The position numbers and the translations under genes are program-made. From the NCBI GenBank assembly GCA_963668645.2, contig CAXXWC010000021.1:1080873-1144872 (forward strand): a DNA stretch of 64,000 nt, written 5' to 3'. Of the stretch, positions 48,607-58,232 are shown one piece after another. The notes beneath the pieces are model-generated. The model saw only the letters and a program-made list of their open reading frames with translations. It ran no database searches and was not told the origin of the DNA. Origin of the DNA: Desulfobacterales bacterium (GTDB lineage Bacteria > Desulfobacterota > Desulfobacteria > Desulfobacterales > UBA2174). Numbering within the stretch: position 1 is the first letter of the stretch; every line of letters starts with the position of its first letter.

Positions 48607-50136
48607 TCAGTACAGCTCACAGGCCGGCGGCATCCGCGGTGTAAAACGCCGGGGGCCGGTCATTACCGCGGCACCGAGACGCCGGGCGATAGCCTTTAAC
48701 ATTCCATGGAAAATCAATTCGTGAAAGGGATAAAGCCCATACCAGTAGATCAGCCCCCACAGCCCGCGGGGTTCGAAGTGGGAGAGCATCGTCAGTTCAC
48801 TTACCCCGCCGCCCAGATCCGCAATGGAAAAATCGAGCAGGGCCGGTCCGGGAGTTTTCATCTCGGCCAGCAGCCTCAGCCGGTAAGGGGCGGACAAATC
48901 GAGGACGCGCCAGAAATCGAGGGCGTCGCCCACCTGCAGTGCCTCAGGATGCCGCCGGCCGCGGCGCAGTCCCACCCCTCCGAGCAGCCGGTCGATCAGA
49001 CCGCGCAGATACCACAACCCGTCGGCAAAATAGTAGCCCGTGCGGCCGCCAATATGCACTATCATTTCCCACAACCGCTCGGGCGCGGCCCGCAGGCGGA
49101 TCCGGTATCCACAGCGCAAGATGGTACCGCCGGCCCAATGTGGATCCCCGCACACGGCCCATTCAGGCGGCCGGAGACAGCCGGCGTCGCTCCAACAGGT
49201 TTCCACCTTGTGGGTCTGCTGGCGGCGCAGCGCCTGGCGGATGGTCTCTCGGGCCGTGGGGGCCTTATAGGGTAGCAACTGCCGGATGCGCCGGTCACGG
49301 CAAATCACCGGCACGGCCAGCCCCTGGGCCAATGGTTGGGCGATGGCGGCCGGCACCGGGGTCACCAGGTGAATCCAGCAGGCCGAAAGGGTCGGGGTGA
49401 GCACCGGCACCGGGAAAATCCGCCGCGGCGCCAACTCTGCCTCCTGGGCGTAGATCTCGATGAGCCGGCGGTAGGAAAGGATCTCGTCGTCACCGATATC
49501 AAAGGTCCGGCCCAGAGCCGGGGCAAGATCGAGGCATCCTTTCAAATAGTGCAGTACGCTGGTGATGGAAATCGGCTGGCAGGGCGTGTCGACCCAGCGC
49601 GGGGTGATCATCACGGGCAGCCGTTCGACCAGGTAACGCAGGATCTCGAACGAGGCACTGCCCGCCCCGAGGATCATCGCAGCCCTGAGCACGGTGGTGG
49701 GCACCGGTCCGGCGCGCAGGATCTCCTCGACCTCATGACGCGATCGCAGGTGGCGGCTGATTGCAGGATCTTTCGGATCGCCGAGCCCGGAAAGGTAGAT
49801 GATCTGTCCCAGACCTGCAGCCTCGGCCGCGGCGACCATATTGCGGGCGCCGATGCGGTCGGCCTCGGCGTAGCGGCCCTGCTGGGCGATCATCGAATGT
49901 ACCAGGTAGTAGGCGGCCCGGCATCCGGTGGCGGCCGCGGTCAAGGCATCACGATCCAGGGTGTCGCCGACGACCAGTTCAACCCCCGGGTCCGCGGCCC
50001 AGGTCCGCCCGGCCAGCTTTTCCCTGGAACGGCCCATGGCCCGCACCCGATCGCCTGCCGCCAACAACATCGGCACCAGACGACCTCCCACATAACCCGT
50101 AGCCCCGGTGACCAACACTGGCTTTGAGAATTCCAT
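48607..50136 (-). CDS. NAD(P)-binding SDR/NmrA-like protein fused to a DUF2867-like C-terminal domain
   Basis: VLVTGATGYVGGRLV at the N-terminus. 509 aa. The C-terminal-half assignment is from memory of this common fusion. Confidence 0.75.
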   Translation of the reverse strand: MEFSKPVLVTGATGYVGGRLVPMLLAAGDRVRAMGRSREKLAGRTWAADPGVELVVGDTLDRDALTAAATGCRAAYYLVHSMIAQQGRYAEADRIGARNMVAAAEAAGLGQIIYLSGLGDPKDPAISRHLRSRHEVEEILRAGPVPTTVLRAAMILGAGSASFEILRYLVERLPVMITPRWVDTPCQPISITSVLHYLKGCLDLAPALGRTFDIGDDEILSYRRLIEIYAQEAELAPRRIFPVPVLTPTLSACWIHLVTPVPAAIAQPLAQGLAVPVICRDRRIRQLLPYKAPTARETIRQALRRQQTHKVETCWSDAGCLRPPEWAVCGDPHWAGGTILRCGYRIRLRAAPERLWEMIVHIGGRTGYYFADGLWYLRGLIDRLLGGVGLRRGRRHPEALQVGDALDFWRVLDLSAPYRLRLLAEMKTPGPALLDFSIADLGGGVSELTMLSHFEPRGLWGLIYWYGLYPFHELIFHGMLKAIARRLGAAVMTGPRRFTPRMPPACELY

Positions 50137-50173
50137 GGAGTCCGTCCTTTGGTATCGGACCGATGGGATAAGA

Positions 50174-51124
50174 TCAGGCGTGATTGCGCAGCTTCAACTC
50201 GACCGGATGCGGATCGAGGTAGACTTGACCGGCCAGGTAGGCCTGGTCATACTTTCGCACGAAGTGGTTCATCAGGGTGACAGGCACCACCAGGGGCACC
50301 AACTCCTGGCGGTAGCGTTCGATGAGGGTCAGCATCTCCTGCTTCTCATCGGCCGACAGTTCCTTTTTGAAATACCCCAGCATGTGCTGCAACACATTGA
50401 CGTGCTTTTTGACAGACGGCTTTAGGGATAGGGCTTCGAGCAGGCCCTGCTCATAGCGGTCGAAAAGGGCCTCGGACGCCTCTTGGCTCCCGACGGCCAC
50501 CAGCCGCCCCAGGGCCTTGTAGAAGGTCGGGCTGTGGGCCATCAAGAGCAGCTTGTGCCGGGTATGGAAATCGACCAGGCGGCCCATGCTCGGCCCTTCC
50601 TTCAAGGCCTGACGCCAGCGCTGGAGGGTAAAGACCCGCTCGATGAAGTTTTCCCTGAGCACCGGATCGTGCAGCCTCCCCTCCTCTTCGGCCGGCACCC
50701 GGGCAAAGCGTTCGGTAAAGGCCCGGGCAAAAATCCCGACTCCCTTTTTCTCAGGCACGCCCTTGTCGTTGTATATCTTGACGCGCATCAGCCCGCTGGA
50801 GGGCGAGTCTTTTTTAAAAATGAAACCGCACAGGTCCTCGCCTTCAAGCCGGTCCAGGCGACGGTGAGCCCAAGCCTGCATCCGCTCGGTATGATCGATC
50901 CCAGTGCGCGAGGTCACCAAGCGCGGGGCGCTGACCTCGCCCACCAGTCGCAGGGTCTCGCGGGGCACGGGCAGGCCACATTCCACCTCCGGGCAGACAG
51001 GCACCCATTGGACGAAGCGGCCCAGGGTATCGGTCAGAAACGGATCCCTGGCGCCCACACCGTTCCAGCGAACCTTTTGACCCAGCAGACAGGCGCTGAT
51101 ACCGATTTTGATAGGCGATTGCAT
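50174..51124 (-). CDS. DUF523 (TudS-like) :: DUF1722 (YbgA-like) fusion protein
   Basis: IGISACLLGQKVRWNG...PVCPEVECGLPVPRE, then a helical C-terminal half HKLLLMAHSPTFYKALG. Confidence 0.75.
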   Translation of the reverse strand: MQSPIKIGISACLLGQKVRWNGVGARDPFLTDTLGRFVQWVPVCPEVECGLPVPRETLRLVGEVSAPRLVTSRTGIDHTERMQAWAHRRLDRLEGEDLCGFIFKKDSPSSGLMRVKIYNDKGVPEKKGVGIFARAFTERFARVPAEEEGRLHDPVLRENFIERVFTLQRWRQALKEGPSMGRLVDFHTRHKLLLMAHSPTFYKALGRLVAVGSQEASEALFDRYEQGLLEALSLKPSVKKHVNVLQHMLGYFKKELSADEKQEMLTLIERYRQELVPLVVPVTLMNHFVRKYDQAYLAGQVYLDPHPVELKLRNHA

Positions 51125-51196
51125 CCTTCCTCCGTTGGCCCCCGGATGAATCCTGGCACCTATGGTTCCCTGTCCGGCGCCTTGCCGGGGGACGCA

Positions 51197-51589
51197 TCAT
51201 TGGCCCGGACCGATGAGGGGCAGCACCCGATCAACCCGGAAGATCACCAGAAAAAGCGGGCCGGGGTCTGTTTCTCGCAGCATGGCTGTCTGACGCCGCT
51301 TGAGTTCGGCGATGCGCGGGGAATCCTGCTCTTCGGCGATCATGGTCAGGTGCAGGCGCCGTCCGCGGTACCCGTCCCCTTGCTCGCGGAAAAGATAGGC
51401 GGCATGGGGATTGGCCTGAAGATTGTGGTGATTGAGCCGATCACGCATGATCATGGCCAGGGTCCCATCCTCCAGGACATGGGGCCGGGCGTAGACCGCC
51501 AGGTTGACCCGGCCCTGGGCATCGGCCGTGGCCAGGACACCGAAACCGACTGTATGGGCAAAATAATCTTTCAATTCGTCTGGTTCCAT
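51197..51589 (-). CDS. pyridoxamine 5'-phosphate oxidase-family FMN-binding protein
   Basis: Split-barrel pattern GVLATADAQGRVNLAVYARPHV...NLQANPHAAYLF. The ATG at 51589 is preferred. The track ORF starts at 51631. Confidence 0.68.
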   Translation of the reverse strand: MEPDELKDYFAHTVGFGVLATADAQGRVNLAVYARPHVLEDGTLAMIMRDRLNHHNLQANPHAAYLFREQGDGYRGRRLHLTMIAEEQDSPRIAELKRRQTAMLRETDPGPLFLVIFRVDRVLPLIGPGQ

Positions 51590-51689
51590 ATCTTCTCTCC
51601 TTTGCTGGAACCGCGACGGCGGCGTGTACAATCATTCCATCTGCCCCAAAAGGGCGATAAACGATCATTCATTGGCCGTCGTGGTCGGT

Positions 51690-52397
51690 CTAGGAAACTG
51701 CTTGCCCGCGCATCCCGGTGCCGGTCTCGAATCCGGCGATCCAGCCGTCTACGCGCCGTTCGCCGTAATTTCGGCGCCAGGCGGCCACGATCTCCTCGAT
51801 GGGTACGTCAGCCCGAGAACCGTGGTCCTTCAGATATTCAATGAAAAGCCGACCGTCATCGGTGCGCAGCGGCAAAATGGCATCTTGGCGTCCGTCGAAG
51901 CACACGGGGGCCACCCCCTGACGGGCGAAAAGCTCGGCGTTAAAAGCCGGGGTCGCCTTGACCCAGCGGCCGTGGAGCCAGAATTCGGTAAAGCCGTGGA
52001 ACACGAAAAGATCCGTGCCCAGGGTCTCGACAAGCAGCGGGGTAGCCAGGTGATTGCGCAGGTCGGCGAATCCAAGGCGACTTGCGATCCCAAGGGCCCG
52101 TCCCAGGGCGCAGAGCAGCACCGCCTTGGTCACACAAAAACCGCGGCCGGAAACCAGGGTGGCGCTGGCGCGGTAGTGTGCCGGCCGGTAGAAGGGAACG
52201 TAGGGATCGTAGCGGATCCGGTCACGCACGGCATAAAAGAGGCTCGCCGCCCGATCGGCCGGCTCGTCTCCAGCCCCCTCGACCGCGGCCCGGGCAAAAG
52301 CCGCAACGGCAGGGTGGCCGGCATCGATCATGGCCGTGGCCGTCAAAAACGTGGATTCCGGGGCGGCCGCCTCATGCGATGAATCGCTGGGGGTCAT
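51690..52397 (-). CDS. transglutaminase-like cysteine-protease-fold protein
   Basis: GRGFCVTKAVLLCALGRALGIASRLGF...FHGFTEFWLHGRWVKATP matches a Cys-His core pattern. Confidence 0.7.
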   Translation of the reverse strand: MTPSDSSHEAAAPESTFLTATAMIDAGHPAVAAFARAAVEGAGDEPADRAASLFYAVRDRIRYDPYVPFYRPAHYRASATLVSGRGFCVTKAVLLCALGRALGIASRLGFADLRNHLATPLLVETLGTDLFVFHGFTEFWLHGRWVKATPAFNAELFARQGVAPVCFDGRQDAILPLRTDDGRLFIEYLKDHGSRADVPIEEIVAAWRRNYGERRVDGWIAGFETGTGMRGQAVS

Positions 52398-52427
52398 CGT
52401 ACCGCTCCTCGTGGTTCCAACTGCGTT

Positions 52428-53300
52428 TCAGAGGGGATAGGGTGTAAGGCTTTCCACCCCGTCGGCTGTCACCAGACAGGTTTGTTCGAACTGGGCCGAT
52501 AGGCTCCCGTCTTCGGTCACCGCCGTCCACTGATTGTCCAGGATGTAAAGCTGCCGTTTGCCCAGGTTGATCATCGGTTCGATGGTAAAGACCATCCCGG
52601 GCACCAGGGGCACCCCGCTTCCGGGCCGGCCGTAGTGGAGAATCTGCGGCGGCTCGTGAAAGTCGAAACCCACCCCGTGGCCGACGAATTCGCGCACCAC
52701 GCTGCAGCCCTGGTTCTCGGCATAACTCTGTATGGCCCAGCCGATATCCCCTGTTGTGGCTCCGGGACGCACCACCTCCATTCCCCTTCGCAGGCATTCT
52801 TGCGCCACGGCTACAATCTTGCGCGCCTGGACATCGGGCTCGCCCACGAAAAAGGTCTGATTTGTATCGGCGTAATACCCGTCGAGAATCGGCGTGACGT
52901 CCACGTTGACGATATCGCCGGATTCCAGGATCCGCGGACCGGGAATCCCATGGCAGATCTCGTCGTTGACCGACACGCAGACACTCTTGGGAAACCCTCG
53001 ATAGTTCAGGGGCGCAGGAGTGGCCCCGTTTGCCAGGGTAAACTCGTGCACCAGGGTGTTGATCTCCTCGGTGGTGATTCCCGGCCGCAGTGCGGCGGCA
53101 ACCATCTCCAAGGTCGAAACCGCCAAGCGCCCGGCCAGACGGATTTTTTCAACATCCTCGGGCCCCTTCAGGCGGATCTTGTACTGTCGCAAGTAGCGCT
53201 CCTTGAGATCCTCGGCCCCTGCCGGGGCTTTTCCGAAACAGCATTTTTTATACTTCAGCCCGCTGCCGCAAGGGCATGGGTCGTTGCGACCGATCTTCAT
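52428..53300 (-). CDS. map: type I methionine aminopeptidase with an N-terminal SEC-C zinc motif
   Basis: [21 protein letters not shown], then the MetAP fold ([37 protein letters not shown]). Confidence 0.92.
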   Translation of the reverse strand: MKIGRNDPCPCGSGLKYKKCCFGKAPAGAEDLKERYLRQYKIRLKGPEDVEKIRLAGRLAVSTLEMVAAALRPGITTEEINTLVHEFTLANGATPAPLNYRGFPKSVCVSVNDEICHGIPGPRILESGDIVNVDVTPILDGYYADTNQTFFVGEPDVQARKIVAVAQECLRRGMEVVRPGATTGDIGWAIQSYAENQGCSVVREFVGHGVGFDFHEPPQILHYGRPGSGVPLVPGMVFTIEPMINLGKRQLYILDNQWTAVTEDGSLSAQFEQTCLVTADGVESLTPYPL

Positions 53301-53468
53301 GGCATCAATCCGGATAGCACCTGTTCCCACCTGAACTCAATCTGTTGAACGCCGCGCAGTTACGCTTGGAGCGGCTGGGAAAAATTACCCGCCCCCGCGC
53401 GTCGCAACCTGTCGTCGCCACGGTATCCACTGGCCGGGAGGCTGTCAAGGTGAAAGCCCTGTTTTACG

Positions 53469-54695
53469 TCAGATAGTGAAACGCTGTGTTTCGGCCGGTG
53501 CGACACAGTGGGTGGATGATTTTAAGGAGACCAACTGGGACTGGGCCAACGCCAGTTTGGCATCTATGGCTTGATCGTTTTGTGAAGGATTGTGGTGATA
53601 GAGGTAGAGGGTTTTGACCCCTGCCTCGTGTGCCCAGGCCACCACACTGCTCACCGAGGAATGGCCCCAGCCGACCTTGGTGAGATATTCGGTATCCGTG
53701 TAGGTGCAGTCGGTGATCAGGGCGTCCGCGCCTTGAACAAATTCGGTAATCTTTGCCAGATACTGCGGATCGTGTTGCGCCATGGTGGTCGGAAAAATCT
53801 CGTGGTCGGTCATGTAACATACCGAACGTCCATGATAATCGAGACGGTACCCCAGGCAAAATCCAGGGTGTTTGAGCAGTATGGTGCGAATTTTAATCGC
53901 ATCGATCTCAATGGTTTCCTCATGAAGATCGCGGAAATTGACATCAGCGGCGAAGGTTTTGATATTTATCGGAAAGTAGACGCCGTCCATCTGCCCGGCG
54001 ATCAACTCCCGCATGCCGATGCTCCCGTGGGCCGGCCCCCAGATACGGACGCGGTGGCCAGGTTTGTATAGCGGGTCAAAAAACGGCAACCCGTTGATAT
54101 GGTCCCAGTGGGGATGCGAAATAAAGATACGGATGTCTTTGGGTATCCCGCAATCCATTAATTGGTCGGACAGGACTTTGATGCCTGTACCGGCATCAAA
54201 AATCAGAAAAATCCCCCTTGCCAGCATGAGGCTGACGCAATTGGTGTTGCCGCCGTAACGCACGGTGGCGGATCCGGGAACAGGCAAGGTCCCGTGAACC
54301 CCCCAAAAGGTCAATTGAATGCGGTCCTGGAAGATGCGCAGCACCTCGGCACAAAAATGGTCCGGATCCACGGGCTTGACGATGAAGCCAGCCGCACCTA
54401 GTTCCAGGGCCTGATAGTGGTCGGCATCGTAGGCCTTGCCGGAGACCACGATGATGCGCACATCTTGAAGCGATGGTTCGGCACGTATCTGGCGCACGAG
54501 GCCCAGCCAGTCAAAATCGGGCATCGTCATGTCCAGCAGCACACAGTCAGGCCGCTGAGTGATGATCTGCGTCAGGGCATGCTCGGGGGATGTCGTGCCC
54601 GTCACGCTCGCGGCCAAAGGCGCCAGATAGGTGGCATACAGGGCCAGCGCGCTGCGATCCTTGTTGAGAATGAAAAACCTTATCTGGCTGGCCAT
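53469..54695 (-). CDS. response-regulator receiver domain fused to an MBL-fold metallohydrolase
   Basis: The REC segment is CVLLDMTMPDFDW...VVSGK...GFIVKP and the MBL motif is ISHPHWDHINGLPFF. The ATG at 54695 is preferred over the track start at 54779. Confidence 0.82.
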   Translation of the reverse strand: MASQIRFFILNKDRSALALYATYLAPLAASVTGTTSPEHALTQIITQRPDCVLLDMTMPDFDWLGLVRQIRAEPSLQDVRIIVVSGKAYDADHYQALELGAAGFIVKPVDPDHFCAEVLRIFQDRIQLTFWGVHGTLPVPGSATVRYGGNTNCVSLMLARGIFLIFDAGTGIKVLSDQLMDCGIPKDIRIFISHPHWDHINGLPFFDPLYKPGHRVRIWGPAHGSIGMRELIAGQMDGVYFPINIKTFAADVNFRDLHEETIEIDAIKIRTILLKHPGFCLGYRLDYHGRSVCYMTDHEIFPTTMAQHDPQYLAKITEFVQGADALITDCTYTDTEYLTKVGWGHSSVSSVVAWAHEAGVKTLYLYHHNPSQNDQAIDAKLALAQSQLVSLKSSTHCVAPAETQRFTI

Positions 54696-55218
54696 ACTCC
54701 CCCCACTCGGACGGCGGGTCTTGGGTTGATGGAGCGCGGGGATGTTCACCAGCGGGGCGTATTGCGCCACCACGGGCAATAGATGCTTAACAACCGGTTC
54801 TTTATTTAACTAAGCCAAAGGTACGATGCTGTCAATCCGAAAGGCCTCGGACAACCCCGCGGCCAGAAAAATATCCTGCGGCCTCAGCGCTGCCTGGGTC
54901 TGGGATGAATGGAGCAAAGCAGGGCAAAAGGCCAAGAGGTAATGGCTTCGAAAAAAAAACCGACCATGATCAGTACCACTGTCAATGGCAGCTTGAGCAG
55001 GTACCACTGGATTTGGGTTGCGATCTGGTGGTTCGAAAAATTCAGTTTTTGCATACCGATAACTGAAGCCTCCTAAATGTTGCCATCAATACCAGTTGCA
55101 CCTAAGCAATTTTTACACGTTCACCAGCCAAGCGATGGTGGATTCGATTAACACGCCAACCGGCCAAAGGCAAGCCAGAGTTCGCCGTTGCAGTAATCGA
55201 CGCTGGGTCCCATTTCGC

Positions 55219-56130
55219 TCAGGCGCCTTCTTTTCTTATGGTATTTACTACGACCTGTATACAGGCTTCCCGCAACACTGGATCCAAATGATTGCCCGGC
55301 AAATCGATACAGGGTACGGATGGCAGCGCATGGTGGAAAAAATCTCTTGTTTTATCGGCCGATACGAGGGTATCCCGCCGACTGAGGAAGACGAGCAACC
55401 GCCGGCCCTCCCGTAGCACGAGGCGACGCGCCGCCGGTCTCAAGTCACAGGTGACGATATCGGCCACTTCTTTTATGGTGCGGATCGGGTTGGCAATGGT
55501 TTTGATCAAAAGAGTGCGCAATCCAACCATTACCCGGCGGCAGTCACCCTTTAATACTTCATCAGTCCCTTCATAACTCTTGAGTTTTCTGCGATTATGG
55601 TAATAATCACGTAAAATAAAGAGGAACACAAAACGGAGGCAATGGGCGAAAAATCCCCGGGTATTGCCAAAACCGGAAGGGTTGATAAGCGTTATCGTCC
55701 CGATACGCGGGAAAGATGTCGCAGGATGACCGTCGAAGACCCGAACCACTTCCTGAGCCGCATAGGAATGGGCCACCACGTCGAGATCTGTGATACCGAA
55801 GTTTTTATAAAGGCTCTCTACGAAATGGTTCAGGGTTGCTGGTCTCTCAATCGCAGGCCTTACAAAAAAAGACAGCGGGCCGCCAATAAAACGCTCAACC
55901 GCGGCGACGTCTCCCCCTCTTTGCAGAGCACTGTTGATAAAATAGCTTACATCCGAGGTTTGAGTGCTAGTCCCTGTCAAGACTAGCAGGCAACGATGGC
56001 ATATACTGTCGGTCGAAGAAAATATTACACCTTGGTAGCGCGTGCATCGCGGCCGGCCTCTAACCACAATCTCACAATCATTTATTATCGTAGATATATT
56101 CATATAGAAAGGAGTAAATTGTGGGGTCAC
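55219..56130 (-). CDS. hypothetical protein, possibly alpha/beta-hydrolase fold
   Basis: 303-aa ORF in a low-GC stretch. It has a nucleophile-elbow-like VVAHSYAAQ and a late LPGNHLDP. The assignment is weak. Confidence 0.45.
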   Translation of the reverse strand: MTPQFTPFYMNISTIINDCEIVVRGRPRCTRYQGVIFSSTDSICHRCLLVLTGTSTQTSDVSYFINSALQRGGDVAAVERFIGGPLSFFVRPAIERPATLNHFVESLYKNFGITDLDVVAHSYAAQEVVRVFDGHPATSFPRIGTITLINPSGFGNTRGFFAHCLRFVFLFILRDYYHNRRKLKSYEGTDEVLKGDCRRVMVGLRTLLIKTIANPIRTIKEVADIVTCDLRPAARRLVLREGRRLLVFLSRRDTLVSADKTRDFFHHALPSVPCIDLPGNHLDPVLREACIQVVVNTIRKEGA

Positions 56131-56669
56131 GGTTTGTCATCTTAGTCCTTCTTAAGAAATCCGGACCAGAAAACCTTCTGCCGTCAAGCTATGACTCGAT
56201 TCCCCCTTTCTCGTAGTGCCCCTATGGCCGAGTCCGAATAGCATAGCACTTCACAATAAATCAAGTCTTTCGGAACAATCGCAAAATCACTTACCAACAA
56301 CAATAATATATCTATATTTCATAACCTTACCAAGCATCACTCCACAGCAATATGGCGCTGCGAAGATTGTGAAAATTTGGCATTTCCATTTCCATCTGAC
56401 TCCAGGCCGATATTATTTTGTTTCCCCTTTTAATTCAAATAGTTAATCGCGCACCAAATGTCAACAGGGTTCCAGAAGAGAGAAAAAATCAATTATCCTT
56501 TGTTGAAACACTCTAAAATGATATATAGAGTACCGTTCACCGTTGCGGGATTCTTTCGTTGCGTTGGACACGAGGTTGGGGGCGTCAAGACATTGATGTC
56601 AAAAATCATAAACGGTGAAAATAGAGCATAGCCGAAAGGCAAACGGAACACGAGAAAGGCTTGCAGCTA

Positions 56670-58142
56670 ATGCGAATATTGCTGATAAGCGTCACGGGAC
56701 GGCTACCGATGGATGGATCCCGATTGATATCCGCCCTGCTCAAAAAATCAGGCCACAGAGTGACAAATGTCTATATGGCAAGGCGGCAACCGGAATATGT
56801 GAAGAATGAATTCCAAACTTTAGACGCTCTATTACGCCGGTGCGATCTTGTCATGATCGCTGTCTACAGCAGCTATGCAGCCCGCGCAGTTGCACTTACG
56901 GATTACATCCATTGCAAATACCCCGGGGTTATGGTCGCCTGGGGAGGCCCTCACTGCATCTCCGTCCCCCAGATATGCCTAAGGCATGCCGATGCGGTCT
57001 GTTTTTCTGAGGGAGACCAAGCAGTGCCTGAATTCGTTGAAAAAATCTCGATCGGAAAGGATTACACAGACACACCGAATATGGCTTTCAAGATCGGTAA
57101 CCGTATCCAAGTCAACAAAGTGTTACCTCCTTTTGACGCGCTGGATCAATTGCCATATTATGACTACGGTTTCGATGATCAATTCGTATTAGATAGAGAT
57201 CTATTACCCATAGATCGAGAAACCATGAAAGAGATGATGCGCCAATATCCATTTTATCTACCGGCGCTTTTCTTTCTTACATCGCGTGGATGCCCTCACC
57301 AGTGCAGCTACTGCAACAACAACCGTTTTGTATCACTTTTTGGGAAAAACAGGATTCGATTCTACTCTCCAGAAAGAGTCATAAATGAACTCAAGACGAT
57401 TCTATCAGGACTCGATTTCGTTGAATTTATAGGCTTTGGTGATGATGATTTTATGGCAAGAAATGAAGAAGAAATACATGCTATCGTTCAAAGGTTTAAA
57501 AAAGAAATAGGACTTCCATTTGGCGTGGCCGCAAGCGCAAATACATTCCATAAAAGAAAGTTCGAGATTCTTATGGACCATGGCATGGTGGCTTTCAACA
57601 TGGGAATCCAGTCTGGTAGCCCACGTGTTTTAAAAGAGATCTATAATCGCCCTATAAGCCTGAAACGAACTCGATCCATAATTAACAATATCAAGCCATA
57701 CAACCGTTCCGGGAAGATAACAATCGTCCTAGATTTCATAATTGACAATCCTTATGAGACGAGTGAAGACATTCTGGCAACTTTCCATTATCTACTCGAC
57801 CTGCCTGCCCGCATCAAACCTAATCTTTTCTTTTTATCCTTTTTCCCTGGAACCCCAATTTACGAAAGGGCCATCAAAGATGGCTATATCCAATCAGATG
57901 ATGATTCTCACTACCGTTCTTTTACCCGAAGCCGAATTCGCTACCAGAAGAATTACGAAACTTTTCTCGTTCTTTTAGTTCGCTTCGCAAAACTAAAGCC
58001 AAAGTTTGAAAGACTACCAAAATCTTTTTTCCTCTTTCTTGCAAGCCGTCCGGTGCGCTGCTTTGCAAAATATCTACCCAGTATTTTTTATGAAAAAGCA
58101 ATAAACCGGCTGGTAGTATCCAAAGCTCAGATCAAAAAATAA
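56670..58142 (+). CDS. B12-binding-domain radical SAM protein (class B type)
   Basis: N-terminal Rossmann-like B12-binding part (MRILLISV...VMIAVYSS...VAWGGPH) and a CPHQCSYC (CX3CX2C) cluster motif. About 40 % GC. Confidence 0.85.
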   Translation: MRILLISVTGRLPMDGSRLISALLKKSGHRVTNVYMARRQPEYVKNEFQTLDALLRRCDLVMIAVYSSYAARAVALTDYIHCKYPGVMVAWGGPHCISVPQICLRHADAVCFSEGDQAVPEFVEKISIGKDYTDTPNMAFKIGNRIQVNKVLPPFDALDQLPYYDYGFDDQFVLDRDLLPIDRETMKEMMRQYPFYLPALFFLTSRGCPHQCSYCNNNRFVSLFGKNRIRFYSPERVINELKTILSGLDFVEFIGFGDDDFMARNEEEIHAIVQRFKKEIGLPFGVAASANTFHKRKFEILMDHGMVAFNMGIQSGSPRVLKEIYNRPISLKRTRSIINNIKPYNRSGKITIVLDFIIDNPYETSEDILATFHYLLDLPARIKPNLFFLSFFPGTPIYERAIKDGYIQSDDDSHYRSFTRSRIRYQKNYETFLVLLVRFAKLKPKFERLPKSFFLFLASRPVRCFAKYLPSIFYEKAINRLVVSKAQIKK

Positions 58143-58232
58143 ATGGGATAAAATAGCTACCAATATTAAAAAATATATTTAAAACAGAAACACCTGTCTG
58201 ACCATTCATCTAAGTCACAAAGGCGGTTTTTG

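Noticed and set aside
56378-56392. A sigma-54-like element TGGCAT-N5-TTTC upstream of the radical SAM gene.
   Set aside because: The conserved -12 GC is TC. It lies about 280 nt from the start codon. There is no enhancer-binding protein nearby.
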